Assembly: GCF_014596745.1 (NCBI RefSeq)
Contig: NZ_JABTCF010000009.1
Coordinates: forward strand, 99,646-139,645
Direction: 5' to 3'
Source of the DNA: Maribacter aquimaris
GTDB lineage: Bacteria > Bacteroidota > Bacteroidia > Flavobacteriales > Flavobacteriaceae
DNA length: 40,000 bases
The number at the start of each line of letters is the position of its first letter. Within the stretch, counting starts at the first letter, position 1. Of this stretch, positions 18,011 to 27,570 are shown piece after piece. A program made the translations under genes and the position numbers. Under the pieces are notes generated by a model. That model searched no databases, was not told the origin of the DNA, and saw only the letters and a list, made by a program, of their open reading frames with translations.

Positions 18011-18505
18011 GTGAATAAAAAACTGGAGCATCAATTTGTGACGGAGCTTGAGAACAATCAGAATATTGTTCATAAGGTCTGCACCCTGTACACCAACGAC
18101 AGGCATTCACACAATGATCTGTTCCAAGAAATAACCATACAGCTTTGGAAGGCGTACCCGAAATTTCGGGGAGAATCAAAATTCAGTACTTGGATGTACC
18201 GGGTTGCGCTGAATACAGCGATTACACTATACCGAAAATCCAAAAGAAGTATACGGACACAGGATTATGACTCGGTCATTTATAAAATCACGGCCAATGA
18301 GTATGATCCCCATGAAGAGGAACAACTGAAACTCATGTATGCCGCTGTAAAGCAATTGGGAGATATAGAAAAAGCGTTGGTCTTCCTGTACCTGGAAGAC
18401 AAGGATTATCGGGAGATTGCGGAAACCCTAGGTATTACCGAGGTGAATGCGAGAGTGAAGATGAACAGGATAAAAAAGAAATTAAGAACCATATTGAATC
18501 CATGA
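18011..18505 (+). CDS. ECF-type RNA polymerase sigma-70 family factor
   Basis: Region 2 DLFQEITIQLWKAYPKF...FSTWMYRVALN; region 4 HTH YREIAETLGITEVNARVKMNRIKKKL; GTG start. Confidence 0.85.
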   Translation: MNKKLEHQFVTELENNQNIVHKVCTLYTNDRHSHNDLFQEITIQLWKAYPKFRGESKFSTWMYRVALNTAITLYRKSKRSIRTQDYDSVIYKITANEYDPHEEEQLKLMYAAVKQLGDIEKALVFLYLEDKDYREIAETLGITEVNARVKMNRIKKKLRTILNP

Positions 18506-18511
18506 CGATAT

Positions 18512-19162
18512 ATGATTGACGAACTCGATTTATTAAAAAAAGATTGGCAGAAAAGAGAAGAACACCTTCCTAAGTTGTCCTTTGATCAAATCCATAATAT
18601 GATCTGGAAGAAATCTTCCTCAATCGTACGATGGATATTGATTATCAGTATTCTGGAGATTACATTGCCTAATTTAATCTACCTATCCCCCTCATTTAGG
18701 GAAAATCCCCTATTGCGCGATGCAGGAGGGTTCAATACGATTTATATTGTATTGAATGTATTTTATTATGCGGTTGTTCTTTATTTTATCTTTCAATTCT
18801 ACCGAAGGTATAAGGAAATTTCAATCTTGGATAGTGCTAAGAATTTAATGCGACAAATAATCAAAACAAGAAAAACAGTTAAACACTATATCATTTTCTG
18901 TCTTACAATGAGTCTTGTTTTTTTCGCATTGTTCATCGTCGGTATCTATCTAAGTGATGACGTTTTATTGGCTTTCGATGGTATCGCTGAAAAAAGCAAG
19001 GAAATTCCTTTGGAAAAAATCAGAACCACGACCATATGGATCCTATCTATTGGAGCGGTTGTCTTTACTGCTTTTATTGCTGGAATCTACTTTCTGCTCT
19101 ACGGCTTATTGTTACGAAAGCTTAAAAGGAATTACAAGGAATTGAAACAATTGGAGGTTTAG
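18512..19162 (+). CDS. Membrane protein of unknown function, possible cognate anti-sigma/partner of the ECF sigma
   Basis: It starts 6 nt after the sigma gene. Cytoplasmic N-terminus, then 4 hydrophobic segments. No recognisable zinc-binding anti-sigma motif. Confidence 0.6.
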   Translation: MIDELDLLKKDWQKREEHLPKLSFDQIHNMIWKKSSSIVRWILIISILEITLPNLIYLSPSFRENPLLRDAGGFNTIYIVLNVFYYAVVLYFIFQFYRRYKEISILDSAKNLMRQIIKTRKTVKHYIIFCLTMSLVFFALFIVGIYLSDDVLLAFDGIAEKSKEIPLEKIRTTTIWILSIGAVVFTAFIAGIYFLLYGLLLRKLKRNYKELKQLEV

Positions 19163-19974
19163 ATTTTCTTACTATTGCGAAATCTACGTAGTTCATTCTC
19201 TTCTTCCAAGGCCAGCAGATCTTTTTGGGAGATTACCTTTAAGAAGGAAGGATGTTGCTCTATGGCATATTCCAGCTTTTCAATGATCGCTTCATAGGAT
19301 TCATTTTCATAATCGATATCCAATGGTTCCTTGATCACCATATTCTGTAGGATACCCTTTTTCTTAACCCGTAGGCCTTTTTTATCAAAGGAACGTCTAA
19401 AACCATCAATAACAACAGGCACAACAATCGGTTTGTATTTTTTAATGATATGGGCCGTACCTTTTCGTATCGGTTTCCAAGGGGTAGTGGTCCCTTGGGG
19501 AAACGTAATGACCCAACCATCGTTCAGTGCCTTTCCGATATTCGAAATATCGCTCATTTTTACCTGTCGTTTTACGTCCTTACCCTCGGCCCTCCACGTA
19601 CGTTCTACACTGATCGATCCGGCATAAGCGAAAATCTTGGTCAACAGACTTTTCTTCATGGTCTCCGCAGCCGCAACATAATACACGTTCAATTTGGGAT
19701 TCCATAGGTAACCTACATTCTTTAGGGAATCATCCCTACCGCTTAAACTAGCATTGAATACATGGAACATGGCAACGACATCGGCGAAATACGTTTGGTG
19801 GTTACTGACAAAAAGTACATTTCTATCCGGAAGGTTTCGTATAATCTCGGAACCCTCAATCTCCAAAGTGTTGAAGCCTTTATAACGTTGGTGGGTGAAT
19901 ACACCCAAAATACGGATTAGCCATCTTTTTAAGAAAAGAATGTGACCAAAAGGATTTTTTTTGAATATACCCAT
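19159..19974 (-). CDS. PlsC-like lysophospholipid acyltransferase
   Basis: Acyltransferase blocks VSNHQTYFAD and ITFPQGTT. The stop overlaps the convergent gene end by 4 nt. Confidence 0.75.
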   Translation of the reverse strand: MGIFKKNPFGHILFLKRWLIRILGVFTHQRYKGFNTLEIEGSEIIRNLPDRNVLFVSNHQTYFADVVAMFHVFNASLSGRDDSLKNVGYLWNPKLNVYYVAAAETMKKSLLTKIFAYAGSISVERTWRAEGKDVKRQVKMSDISNIGKALNDGWVITFPQGTTTPWKPIRKGTAHIIKKYKPIVVPVVIDGFRRSFDKKGLRVKKKGILQNMVIKEPLDIDYENESYEAIIEKLEYAIEQHPSFLKVISQKDLLALEEENELRRFRNSKKI

Positions 19975-19998
19975 AGCTACAAAACTACAAAATAAGCA

Positions 19999-20640
19999 TT
20001 ATAAAACTTGCTTCAAAAGCTCCTTGATTTCGTTCAGCATCATGGCCGTTGCCCCCCAAACCGTGTAACCATTTAATTTAAAGGCGGGTACATCCATGTT
20101 TTTCGCATAAGATGTCGATAATTTTTGGATAAATACCTTGGAGTCATCCATGAAATCAATCAAAGGTACCTCTACCAATGCTTCAACTTCGGACTCTTGC
20201 ATGATAAAGGGACAGGGATTCGCCATGAGTCCCATAAACGGCTTTACCTCAAAATTACTGGGCGGAATATAGATTTCACTCAATGATTTAATAATCGATA
20301 CCTTTTCGGGAGGCACGCCTACTTCCTCATATGTTTCCCGCAATGCGGTATGCAAAATATCAGCATCCTCTTTTTCGGACTTCCCCCCGGGGAACCCTAT
20401 TTGGTTCGAATGTACCCCCTCATAGGTCTTACGAAGGATCAACAGTAAATGGGTAAGGCTTCGCTGATCGGGGTAGAACAAGGCCAAAACAGCGGCTTTT
20501 TTCGCATTTTGTTTTTTAATCTCACCGGCTTCCAACTCCTTTAATCGAATTGAAGGGGCCATTTTATAGTGGGAAGCACTACCTGGTAAGGGCAGATTTT
20601 TTATTTTTGAACTACGTAAGGCAAAATCATCAAAATTCAT
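19999..20640 (-). CDS. Nudix hydrolase, CoA pyrophosphatase type
   Basis: Nudix box GFPGGKSEKEDADILHTALRETYEEVG. The ATG at 20640 (MNFDDF...) is preferred to the TTG at 20649. Confidence 0.8.
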   Translation of the reverse strand: MNFDDFALRSSKIKNLPLPGSASHYKMAPSIRLKELEAGEIKKQNAKKAAVLALFYPDQRSLTHLLLILRKTYEGVHSNQIGFPGGKSEKEDADILHTALRETYEEVGVPPEKVSIIKSLSEIYIPPSNFEVKPFMGLMANPCPFIMQESEVEALVEVPLIDFMDDSKVFIQKLSTSYAKNMDVPAFKLNGYTVWGATAMMLNEIKELLKQVL

Positions 20641-21343
20641 GATATCCAAAAAATTCTATTCCACTACAATATTACTACTTATATTTTTGGTTGCCTGTAA
20701 GGAAGAACCTAAACCTACCACTGAAAAAGTAACAATTGTAACACAGGATTCCGTAGCACCAAAAGAAGAAATAAAAAAAGAGGAAGAACCTTTTAAACTG
20801 ACCGATGAAAACGCTATTGATTTCTTCTTTAATTACAATAAGACCCTAAAAGATGACAAGGTAAGGATCACGACCACCTTGGGCAGTTTCACGGTTCAGT
20901 TGTATGATAATGTCCCTTATCACAAAGCGAACTTCATCTACTTGACCAAAAAAGGTTATTTCAACAATACCCAGTTTCACCGTGTGGTGAAGAATTTCAT
21001 TATTCAGGGTGGTAATTCCGACGATAAGGCCACGGCCCAAAAGCGTAATGCTATAGGTAGATATCTACTACCGCCTGATGCGAAAAAAGGATATAAACAC
21101 CATCGAGGTACCATTTCCATGCCCAGTAGTGAAGTGGATAACCCGCATATGTTGGCCTCTCCCTATGAATTCTTCATTGTGGTCACCAAACCGGGATCTT
21201 ACCATTTGGATGGGGAATACACGCCATTCGGGAAAGTAATACAAGGTATGGATGTCGTTGACAAAATCAATGCGCAACGTGTCGGAAAGGGCGATTGGCC
21301 GTATCAAAACATTTACATTACCAAGGCGGAGGTGGTGAAGTGA
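20639..21343 (+). CDS. Cyclophilin-type peptidyl-prolyl cis-trans isomerase, lipoprotein
   Basis: Lipobox LVAC; cyclophilin core FHRVVKNFIIQGG ... GTISMP ... FFIV ... PFGKVIQGMDVVDKI. Confidence 0.9.
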   Translation: MISKKFYSTTILLLIFLVACKEEPKPTTEKVTIVTQDSVAPKEEIKKEEEPFKLTDENAIDFFFNYNKTLKDDKVRITTTLGSFTVQLYDNVPYHKANFIYLTKKGYFNNTQFHRVVKNFIIQGGNSDDKATAQKRNAIGRYLLPPDAKKGYKHHRGTISMPSSEVDNPHMLASPYEFFIVVTKPGSYHLDGEYTPFGKVIQGMDVVDKINAQRVGKGDWPYQNIYITKAEVVK

Positions 21344-21346
21344 ATA

Positions 21347-22211
21347 ATTGGCTTTTCGCTTAGCGCTGTTCGCTGTTCGCTAAACGCTTTGTGCTAATTG
21401 CTAATTGTACATTGTCCACTGTTCACTGTTCACTGCTTACTGTTCACTGCTTACTGCTTACTGTTCACTGCTTACTGTTCACTGCTTACTGTTCACTGCT
21501 TACTGCTTACTGCTTACTGCTTACTGCTTACTGCTATGAACAAAAAACTTTTAACTTATAACTCCCGACTTATAACTTCCAACTTAACTTTTCGCTTAGC
21601 GCTTGACGCAGACCGCTAATCGCTTTTCGCTAATGGCTAATGGCTGATGGCTACTGGCTACTGGTTACTGGTTACTGGCTACTGGCTACTGGCTTTCCGC
21701 TAATCGCTAAACGCTTTGTGCTAATTGCTAATTGTCCACTGTTCACTGTTCACTGCTTACTGTTCACTGCTTACTGCTTACTGCTTACTGCTTACTACTA
21801 TGAACAAAAAACTTTTAACTTATAACTCCCGACTTATAACTCCCCACTTGGCTTTTGAAATTTGGAATTTGCTAATGGCTACTGGCTACTGGCTACTGGT
21901 TACTGGTACTGGCTACTGGCTACTGGTTACTGGCTACTGGCTGTTCGCTAAACGCTTTGTGCTAATTGCTAATTGTCCACTGTTCACTGCTTACTGTTCA
22001 CTGCTTACTGTTCACTGCTTACTGCTTACTGCTTACTGCTTACTGCTTACTGCTTACTGCTATGAACAAAAAACTTTTAACTTATAACTCCCGACTTATA
22101 ACTTCCAACTTAGCTTTTCGCTACTGGCTACTGGCTATTGGCTTTCCGCTAATCGCTATTCGCTTTGCGCTAATTGCTAATTGCTAATTGCTAATTGCTA
22201 ATTGCTAATTG
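21347..22211 (+). repeat. Heptanucleotide-lattice composite satellite, locus 2 (3 anchored units plus a terminal GCTAATT block)
   Basis: Anchor ATGs at 21536, 21800 and 22062 (spacing 264/262). Locus-specific GG(C/T)TACT heptads (for example 21635-21690 and 21876-21940). Six perfect CTTACTG at 22018-22059 and six perfect GCTAATT at 22169-22210. Confidence 0.95.
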
Positions 22212-22236
22212 AAATTTAGAATTCACCTTTCCCTTA

Positions 22237-22848
22237 CTACTTCTTCACCTTATAAATATTAGGCAAGGCGATATGAAACTTTACAGCCAATAAACGGAAT
22301 ACAATAACTATCATAATAGCAACGATATAGGAATACGCGGAATCGATTGGGGTCATAGCCAATAAAAAATACGATACCCCTCCCAAAATACAGGCTGTAG
22401 CATAGATTTCCTTTTGGAATATTACTGGAATCTCATTACAGAGGATATCCCGAATCACCCCTCCAAAGGAAGCCGTTATGGTTCCAAGGATAATACATAT
22501 GGGCGGTGCCAATTCGGCTTCAAGTCCCTTTTCTATACCTACCATGGTGAACAATCCTATACCGATGGTATCGAATAAAAAAAGCGTTTTCCTTAAAAAT
22601 TTCAATTGGTTTACGAACAATATCGCCAATATGACCGCCCCCAATATCGTAAAGAGATAGATGGGATTCAGCATCCAGAATACAGGCTTATTCCCAATAA
22701 GCACATCACGCAGTGTTCCTCCCCCAGTAGCCGTCACAAAGGCAATGATAAGCACCCCGAACAAATCGAGTTTCTTTTCCATGGCCACCAAAACCCCAGA
22801 AATTGCGAAAGCTGCCGCACCTAAAATATCAATAATCAAATAAAGCAT
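22237..22848 (-). CDS. TRIC-family (UPF0126/YadS-like) cation channel
   Basis: 203 aa with 7 TM segments and an internal duplication carrying GGGTLRDVL and FGGVIRDIL. Confidence 0.8.
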   Translation of the reverse strand: MLYLIIDILGAAAFAISGVLVAMEKKLDLFGVLIIAFVTATGGGTLRDVLIGNKPVFWMLNPIYLFTILGAVILAILFVNQLKFLRKTLFLFDTIGIGLFTMVGIEKGLEAELAPPICIILGTITASFGGVIRDILCNEIPVIFQKEIYATACILGGVSYFLLAMTPIDSAYSYIVAIMIVIVFRLLAVKFHIALPNIYKVKK

Positions 22849-22969
22849 CGAAAAATAATTTGGAGCGCAAAAGTATGTAATTGCACTGAACTATTTTCAA
22901 AAATTTTTAGGTAAAAAAATCACCTAAGTATTTAAAGGACAAAGGAATAATGGAATGCTTTTTTGGAGG

Positions 22970-23686
22970 CTAAAGTTGCTGGGTATAATAACTGTAATCC
23001 TTAATTATGGAGTCCACAAAATCGAGAGGTTTTTCCGCTGTTGTAATCTGGGTCACTTTCTTGATCTGATTGCTCAAGGATAGAATGACTTGGTGATTTC
23101 CATTCCTTCTCGCCTGATCGTACAATTCCTTGATTGTCTGCATTTCCCTATCCTCAAAAATCGTAACCTGGGGATACTTGGGTGCATAATCCTCAGGAAA
23201 TTCCCGTAAGAGGGTGTCTTGCAATCCTACCCGTTTCTTTTCACTAATGACCGTTGTCCCTGCCGCAATATCCCCGACACGTTGACCGTTGCCACGAATC
23301 AAAATCGTTAAGACGGCCAACCCCCCAGAGGTTAAGACAACATCAATAACACGAAGGATCCACCGAATGAAATAACTGGAAAAGCCCGGTTTGGAGCCAT
23401 CCAATTTCACTACCCGTATTTTCATCAACCCCTTACCAATGGTTTTACCATCCATAAAGGTTTCAAATAAAAGATAATATAAAAACGCCGGTAAACCCAT
23501 GAGCATATATAGGGCCCACATATCCTCCATATCAATGTCCATGCTTATGAGCATAATAATCATCAATATCGTATAGGCCATGATCACAAAACTATCGATC
23601 AGGTAGGCCAACATGCGGTCTCCCAAGTTGGCCGTATTTTGACTTATACTTATATTTTGGGCAGTTTCTATTTGAAATTGTTCCAT
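22970..23686 (-). CDS. RDD-family membrane protein
   Basis: LGDRMLAYLIDSFVI ... FIRWILRVIDV pattern with 3 TM segments and a soluble C-terminal tail. Divergent from the SpoIIM-like gene with a 33-nt gap. Confidence 0.75.
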   Translation of the reverse strand: MEQFQIETAQNISISQNTANLGDRMLAYLIDSFVIMAYTILMIIMLISMDIDMEDMWALYMLMGLPAFLYYLLFETFMDGKTIGKGLMKIRVVKLDGSKPGFSSYFIRWILRVIDVVLTSGGLAVLTILIRGNGQRVGDIAAGTTVISEKKRVGLQDTLLREFPEDYAPKYPQVTIFEDREMQTIKELYDQARRNGNHQVILSLSNQIKKVTQITTAEKPLDFVDSIIKDYSYYTQQL

Positions 23687-23719
23687 ATTTTAGTTCCTTT
23701 GGATAAAATCCGGTATTAA

Positions 23720-24685
23720 ATGCGAGAGGCCGCCTTTGTTAAGCAAAATAAAGACAAATGGATAACTTTTGAAAACGCCCTGTCGAACAAAACGAAGATA
23801 GCACCTGATGTATTGTCCAATCTGTACATTGAAATAACGGATCATTTGAGTTATGCCAAAACATTTTATGCTGGCAGCAATACGGAATTCTACCTCAACG
23901 CACTTGCATCCCAGGCCCACCAAAAGATCTACAAAACCAAAAAAGAACCCAAGAACCGTATCATTTCATTTTGGAAAACGGAATTCCCTACCCTATTCTA
24001 TCACCATCAAAGAGAGCTTCTGATCGCCTTTCTGGTTTTCACCTTCTTTACGTTGGTCGGGGCTTTCTCGGCCGCCAATGAGGGTGATTTTGTGCGCTCC
24101 ATTCTTGGTGATGGATACGTGAATATGACGATGGACAACATTGGAAAAGGGGATCCCATGGCCGTTTATAAGGAAATGGGGGAATTCAATATGTTCATGG
24201 GTATTACCATCAACAACATTCGTGTAGCCATGATGGCTTTTGCCTATGGGATCATGCTGGGCATAGGAACCTTATGGATCATGATGCAAAATGGGATTAT
24301 GTTGGGTAGTTTTCAATATTTCTTTTATGAAAAAGGATTACTATGGGAATCCGCACGTACCATATGGATCCATGGGACCATCGAAATCTCGGTCATTATC
24401 ATCGCAGGCTGTGCCGGACTGGTTCTTGCCAACGGTATGCTGTTCCCAGGGACTTATACCCGGTTGGAATCATTTAAGAGAGGGGTTAAGAACGGACTTA
24501 AAATCATGTTGAGTACCGTTCCCTTTTTTATCATCGCGGGGTTCTTGGAGGGTTTTGTGACCCGACATACCGAAATGCCCGATTGGTTGGCCATATTGAT
24601 CATTTTAACCTCTTTGGCACTAATTCTATTTTATTACGTTATATACCCATATCAATTACATTCAAAACCCAACCAAAATGAATAA
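23720..24685 (+). CDS. SpoIIM-like (stage II sporulation protein M family) membrane protein
   Basis: Soluble N-domain followed by a TM core with IWIHGTIEISVIIIAGCAGL, characteristic of the family. Confidence 0.7.
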   Translation: MREAAFVKQNKDKWITFENALSNKTKIAPDVLSNLYIEITDHLSYAKTFYAGSNTEFYLNALASQAHQKIYKTKKEPKNRIISFWKTEFPTLFYHHQRELLIAFLVFTFFTLVGAFSAANEGDFVRSILGDGYVNMTMDNIGKGDPMAVYKEMGEFNMFMGITINNIRVAMMAFAYGIMLGIGTLWIMMQNGIMLGSFQYFFYEKGLLWESARTIWIHGTIEISVIIIAGCAGLVLANGMLFPGTYTRLESFKRGVKNGLKIMLSTVPFFIIAGFLEGFVTRHTEMPDWLAILIILTSLALILFYYVIYPYQLHSKPNQNE

Positions 24686-25553
24686 TTATATCCATTTTAA
24701 GAAACAGCGTGAATTAGGTGAGATCCTTTCAGACACCTTTGCTTTTCTTAGATCACAATTCAAACCTTTTATCGCCACCTACTTTAAGATCGTTACCCCC
24801 TATCTATTGATCATGTTGATCGCCGTAGGATTTTATCTTTATGCATTCAGTTCGGTCTTGAATATTGGGTCCAGTTCCGGTTCGCTTGTTAGTGGTGTCA
24901 CCATGATGATCAGCGGCCTCGTTTTCTTGGTAGCCATGATTTTGGTATATGCCGTTTCACAATCAACCGTATTACACTATATAAAATCCTACACAGAACT
25001 TCAAGGACAGACCGACTTTGACAAAATAAGAAGGGAAGTCTATGATTCATTATGGAGTTTCATTGGCTTGGGAATCATCGTGGTGTTATCCATCGTGGTG
25101 GGATTTATCTGTTGTTTCCTTCCTGGAATCTACTTGGCCGTACCCCTTTCACTCTCCTTTAGCATAATGATCTTTATGAACAAAAGTGTTGGGGAATCTT
25201 TCAGTTATGGCTTCACCTTGGTAAAGGACGAATGGTGGATGACCTTCGCCACACTTTTGGTTGTAGGTATCATCGTAGGGGTTGCAGGGTATGCCTTTAG
25301 TTTGCCTGCCCAAATATACCAGATTGCAAGTATGGGTATCTTTTCCGGTGAAATGGATGCCTTGGACGTGAACTCCGGTTTTATGGATCCAGTGTATATC
25401 ATCCTATATATGATAAGTACCTTGGCCCAGATGCTTTTGAATACCATCTCTATTATTGCCGGTGCCTTTATTTTCTTTAACCTCAACGAAAAAAAGAATT
25501 TTACCGGCACCTTTGAACGCATTCAGAACTTAGGAAAAACCAACGAGGAATAA
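24678..25553 (+). CDS. Polytopic membrane protein of unknown function
   Basis: Its ATG overlaps the upstream stop by 8 nt (ATGAATAA). 291 aa with 5-6 hydrophobic segments. Confidence 0.65.
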   Translation: MNNYIHFKKQRELGEILSDTFAFLRSQFKPFIATYFKIVTPYLLIMLIAVGFYLYAFSSVLNIGSSSGSLVSGVTMMISGLVFLVAMILVYAVSQSTVLHYIKSYTELQGQTDFDKIRREVYDSLWSFIGLGIIVVLSIVVGFICCFLPGIYLAVPLSLSFSIMIFMNKSVGESFSYGFTLVKDEWWMTFATLLVVGIIVGVAGYAFSLPAQIYQIASMGIFSGEMDALDVNSGFMDPVYIILYMISTLAQMLLNTISIIAGAFIFFNLNEKKNFTGTFERIQNLGKTNEE

Positions 25554-25622
25554 TCAAATGTAAATTAAAAACACCTGTGGATAGCCCCTTTTTGAATTTA
25601 GACCCAAGAACAACGCCCGATC

Positions 25623-26360
25623 ATGCTTAAAAGGCTGTTCTTCACTCTATGTATGGTACTGGCCGCTCCTGTTTTGGGGCAGCAAGACACTACCTTGCTG
25701 CGATATGACAATAGGGAGTTAGAGGTGCAGACGATTACCGAGGAAGACCTTGGGCCTTACCGGAACAATCCCGATTTCGATTATGAGGTCGTTGAACCTG
25801 ACATAACTTGGTGGGACAATTTCACAACTTGGCTCGGTAACCTCTTCCGTCGTTTTTTCGAATGGTTGTTCGGGGCTGAAAAAGCCATTGGCTTTTTTGC
25901 TGATTTCCTGCGTATACTGCCATATATTCTAATTGGCATCCTTCTTTTTCTATTGATCAAGTTCTTCTTGAATGTAAATTCAAATGCACTATTGTATTCC
26001 AAGTCCAATGAGGCCGTGGTATCCCTATCCGAAGAGGAACATATTATCAAAAATGAGGATATAGACCAATTAATACAAAAAGCGCTGAACGAAAGGAATT
26101 ACCGCTTGGCCATTCGCTACCAATACCTGTTGATCCTCAAGCAAATGAGTGGAAAAGAACTGATTACTTGGGAAATCCAGAAAACCAACGACGATTATAT
26201 CAATGAATTGAAAAAGGAAGAACTAAAAACACCTTTCAGGGTCATCACATGGTTATACGACTATGTCTGGTATGGGGATTTCCCCATTGATGAAGCCAAA
26301 TATTCAAAGGCCGAAAATAAATTTACGTCCCTTCGTAAAACCTTGGAAAACTATGCGTAA
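25623..26360 (+). CDS. DUF4129-like protein (signal peptide, one TM, C-terminal helical domain)
   Basis: MLKRLFFTLCMVLAAPVLGQ signal peptide; central TM; C-terminal YRLAIRYQYLLILKQMSGKELITWEIQKTNDDY, typical of DUF4129. Confidence 0.65.
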   Translation: MLKRLFFTLCMVLAAPVLGQQDTTLLRYDNRELEVQTITEEDLGPYRNNPDFDYEVVEPDITWWDNFTTWLGNLFRRFFEWLFGAEKAIGFFADFLRILPYILIGILLFLLIKFFLNVNSNALLYSKSNEAVVSLSEEEHIIKNEDIDQLIQKALNERNYRLAIRYQYLLILKQMSGKELITWEIQKTNDDYINELKKEELKTPFRVITWLYDYVWYGDFPIDEAKYSKAENKFTSLRKTLENYA

Positions 26361-27570
26361 AAAAGGCTCCATATACTTGATCATTGGCGCGGTCACCCTA
26401 GTGATCCTTATGGTCTTTCAATATAGCAAACCCAAGGAAATCAATTGGTTCCCGTCTTTTGTGGCCCAACATAAAATTCCATACGGCACCTATGTCCTTA
26501 ATGATTTAATGGAAAAAAAATACAAGGACAACCTCAAACAAATCACCCAGCCCCCTTTTGAAGTACTTCAATCAGCGGATAGCCTTCGCGGCACTTATGT
26601 CTTTGTGAACAATGATGTCTTATTCGGAAAGGCCGAGCTCAATAGCTTATTGGATTGGACGTCTAAGGGAAATACGCTTTTTATCGCTTCTAGCAGTTTT
26701 GATGAGCAGTTACAGGACACCTTGAATTTTGAGACCTCGGCGTTATATGCAGACTTTGGCGAAAACCCAAAGCAAGTGCATGAATTACTGAATCCAAAAT
26801 TTAAGAGCGATGCCACCTACACCTTTAGTAAAGATGACTATGCCACGTATTTCAGTAAGATAGATACCCTGAATACCACGTTAATCGGACAAGTAGACTA
26901 CCCTGTTGAGGATGGTTCCGACACACAAAAACATTTTAATGTCATTCAACAAAATTTTGGCAAGGGAACCATTCTCCTCAATGCCTTTCCGAATGCCTTT
27001 ACAAATTATTTCATCCTAAAGGACGACAACCGGGATTACATGGCCGGACTCCTTTCCTATATCGATGGGGATCGACCCATTTATATGGACAACCATCATA
27101 AATCGGGAAAATCATTTTATACCTCACCCATGTATATCTTCCTTAACAACAAGGAATTGAAATGGGCCTATTACATTGTATTGATCGGGGCACTGGTCTA
27201 TGTGATTTTTGAAGGAAAACGCAAACAAAGGGCGATTCCCGTTATTGTACCCTTAAAGAACCAAACCCTTGCCTTTACACGTACCATTGCCGATATGTAT
27301 TTTGAAAAAGGCGAGCAAAAATCGATCACCGAGCATAAAATAGCCTATTTTTTGGAATATATACGTTCCCATTTCTACATGGATACCATTAAGCAAGATG
27401 AAGCATTCTATCGCAATTTGGCTGCCCGGAGCAATCATTCCTATGACGAAGTGAAAGACTTGTTCCTGTATATGGAAAAACTAAAGAAAGGTTCGGTTAT
27501 CACCAATGCCGATTTAATAAAATTGAATACAGAAATTGAAAAATTCAAAGTGAAAGCCCATGGAAAATAA
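26353..27570 (+). CDS. DUF4350-like membrane-anchored protein
   Basis: The ATG at 26353 (MRKKGSIYLIIGAVTLVILMV) overlaps the upstream stop by 8 nt. The track start 26263 lies inside the previous gene. Confidence 0.65.
   Translation: MRKKGSIYLIIGAVTLVILMVFQYSKPKEINWFPSFVAQHKIPYGTYVLNDLMEKKYKDNLKQITQPPFEVLQSADSLRGTYVFVNNDVLFGKAELNSLLDWTSKGNTLFIASSSFDEQLQDTLNFETSALYADFGENPKQVHELLNPKFKSDATYTFSKDDYATYFSKIDTLNTTLIGQVDYPVEDGSDTQKHFNVIQQNFGKGTILLNAFPNAFTNYFILKDDNRDYMAGLLSYIDGDRPIYMDNHHKSGKSFYTSPMYIFLNNKELKWAYYIVLIGALVYVIFEGKRKQRAIPVIVPLKNQTLAFTRTIADMYFEKGEQKSITEHKIAYFLEYIRSHFYMDTIKQDEAFYRNLAARSNHSYDEVKDLFLYMEKLKKGSVITNADLIKLNTEIEKFKVKAHGK

Noticed and set aside
21398-22187. Track ORFs 21398-21619, 21640-21825, 21725-22087 and 21966-22187 in locus 2
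   Set aside because: The same heptad-repeat translation artefact, with mutually overlapping frames.
26263-26352. Upstream-extended starts in the ORF track (26263, 15630, 38643, 6856, 8951, 3846, 20649)
   Set aside because: The extensions overlap upstream genes or use TTG or other unlikely starts. Downstream ATGs give canonical signal peptides or family-typical N-termini (26353, 15669, 38718, 6739, 8996, 3798, 20640).
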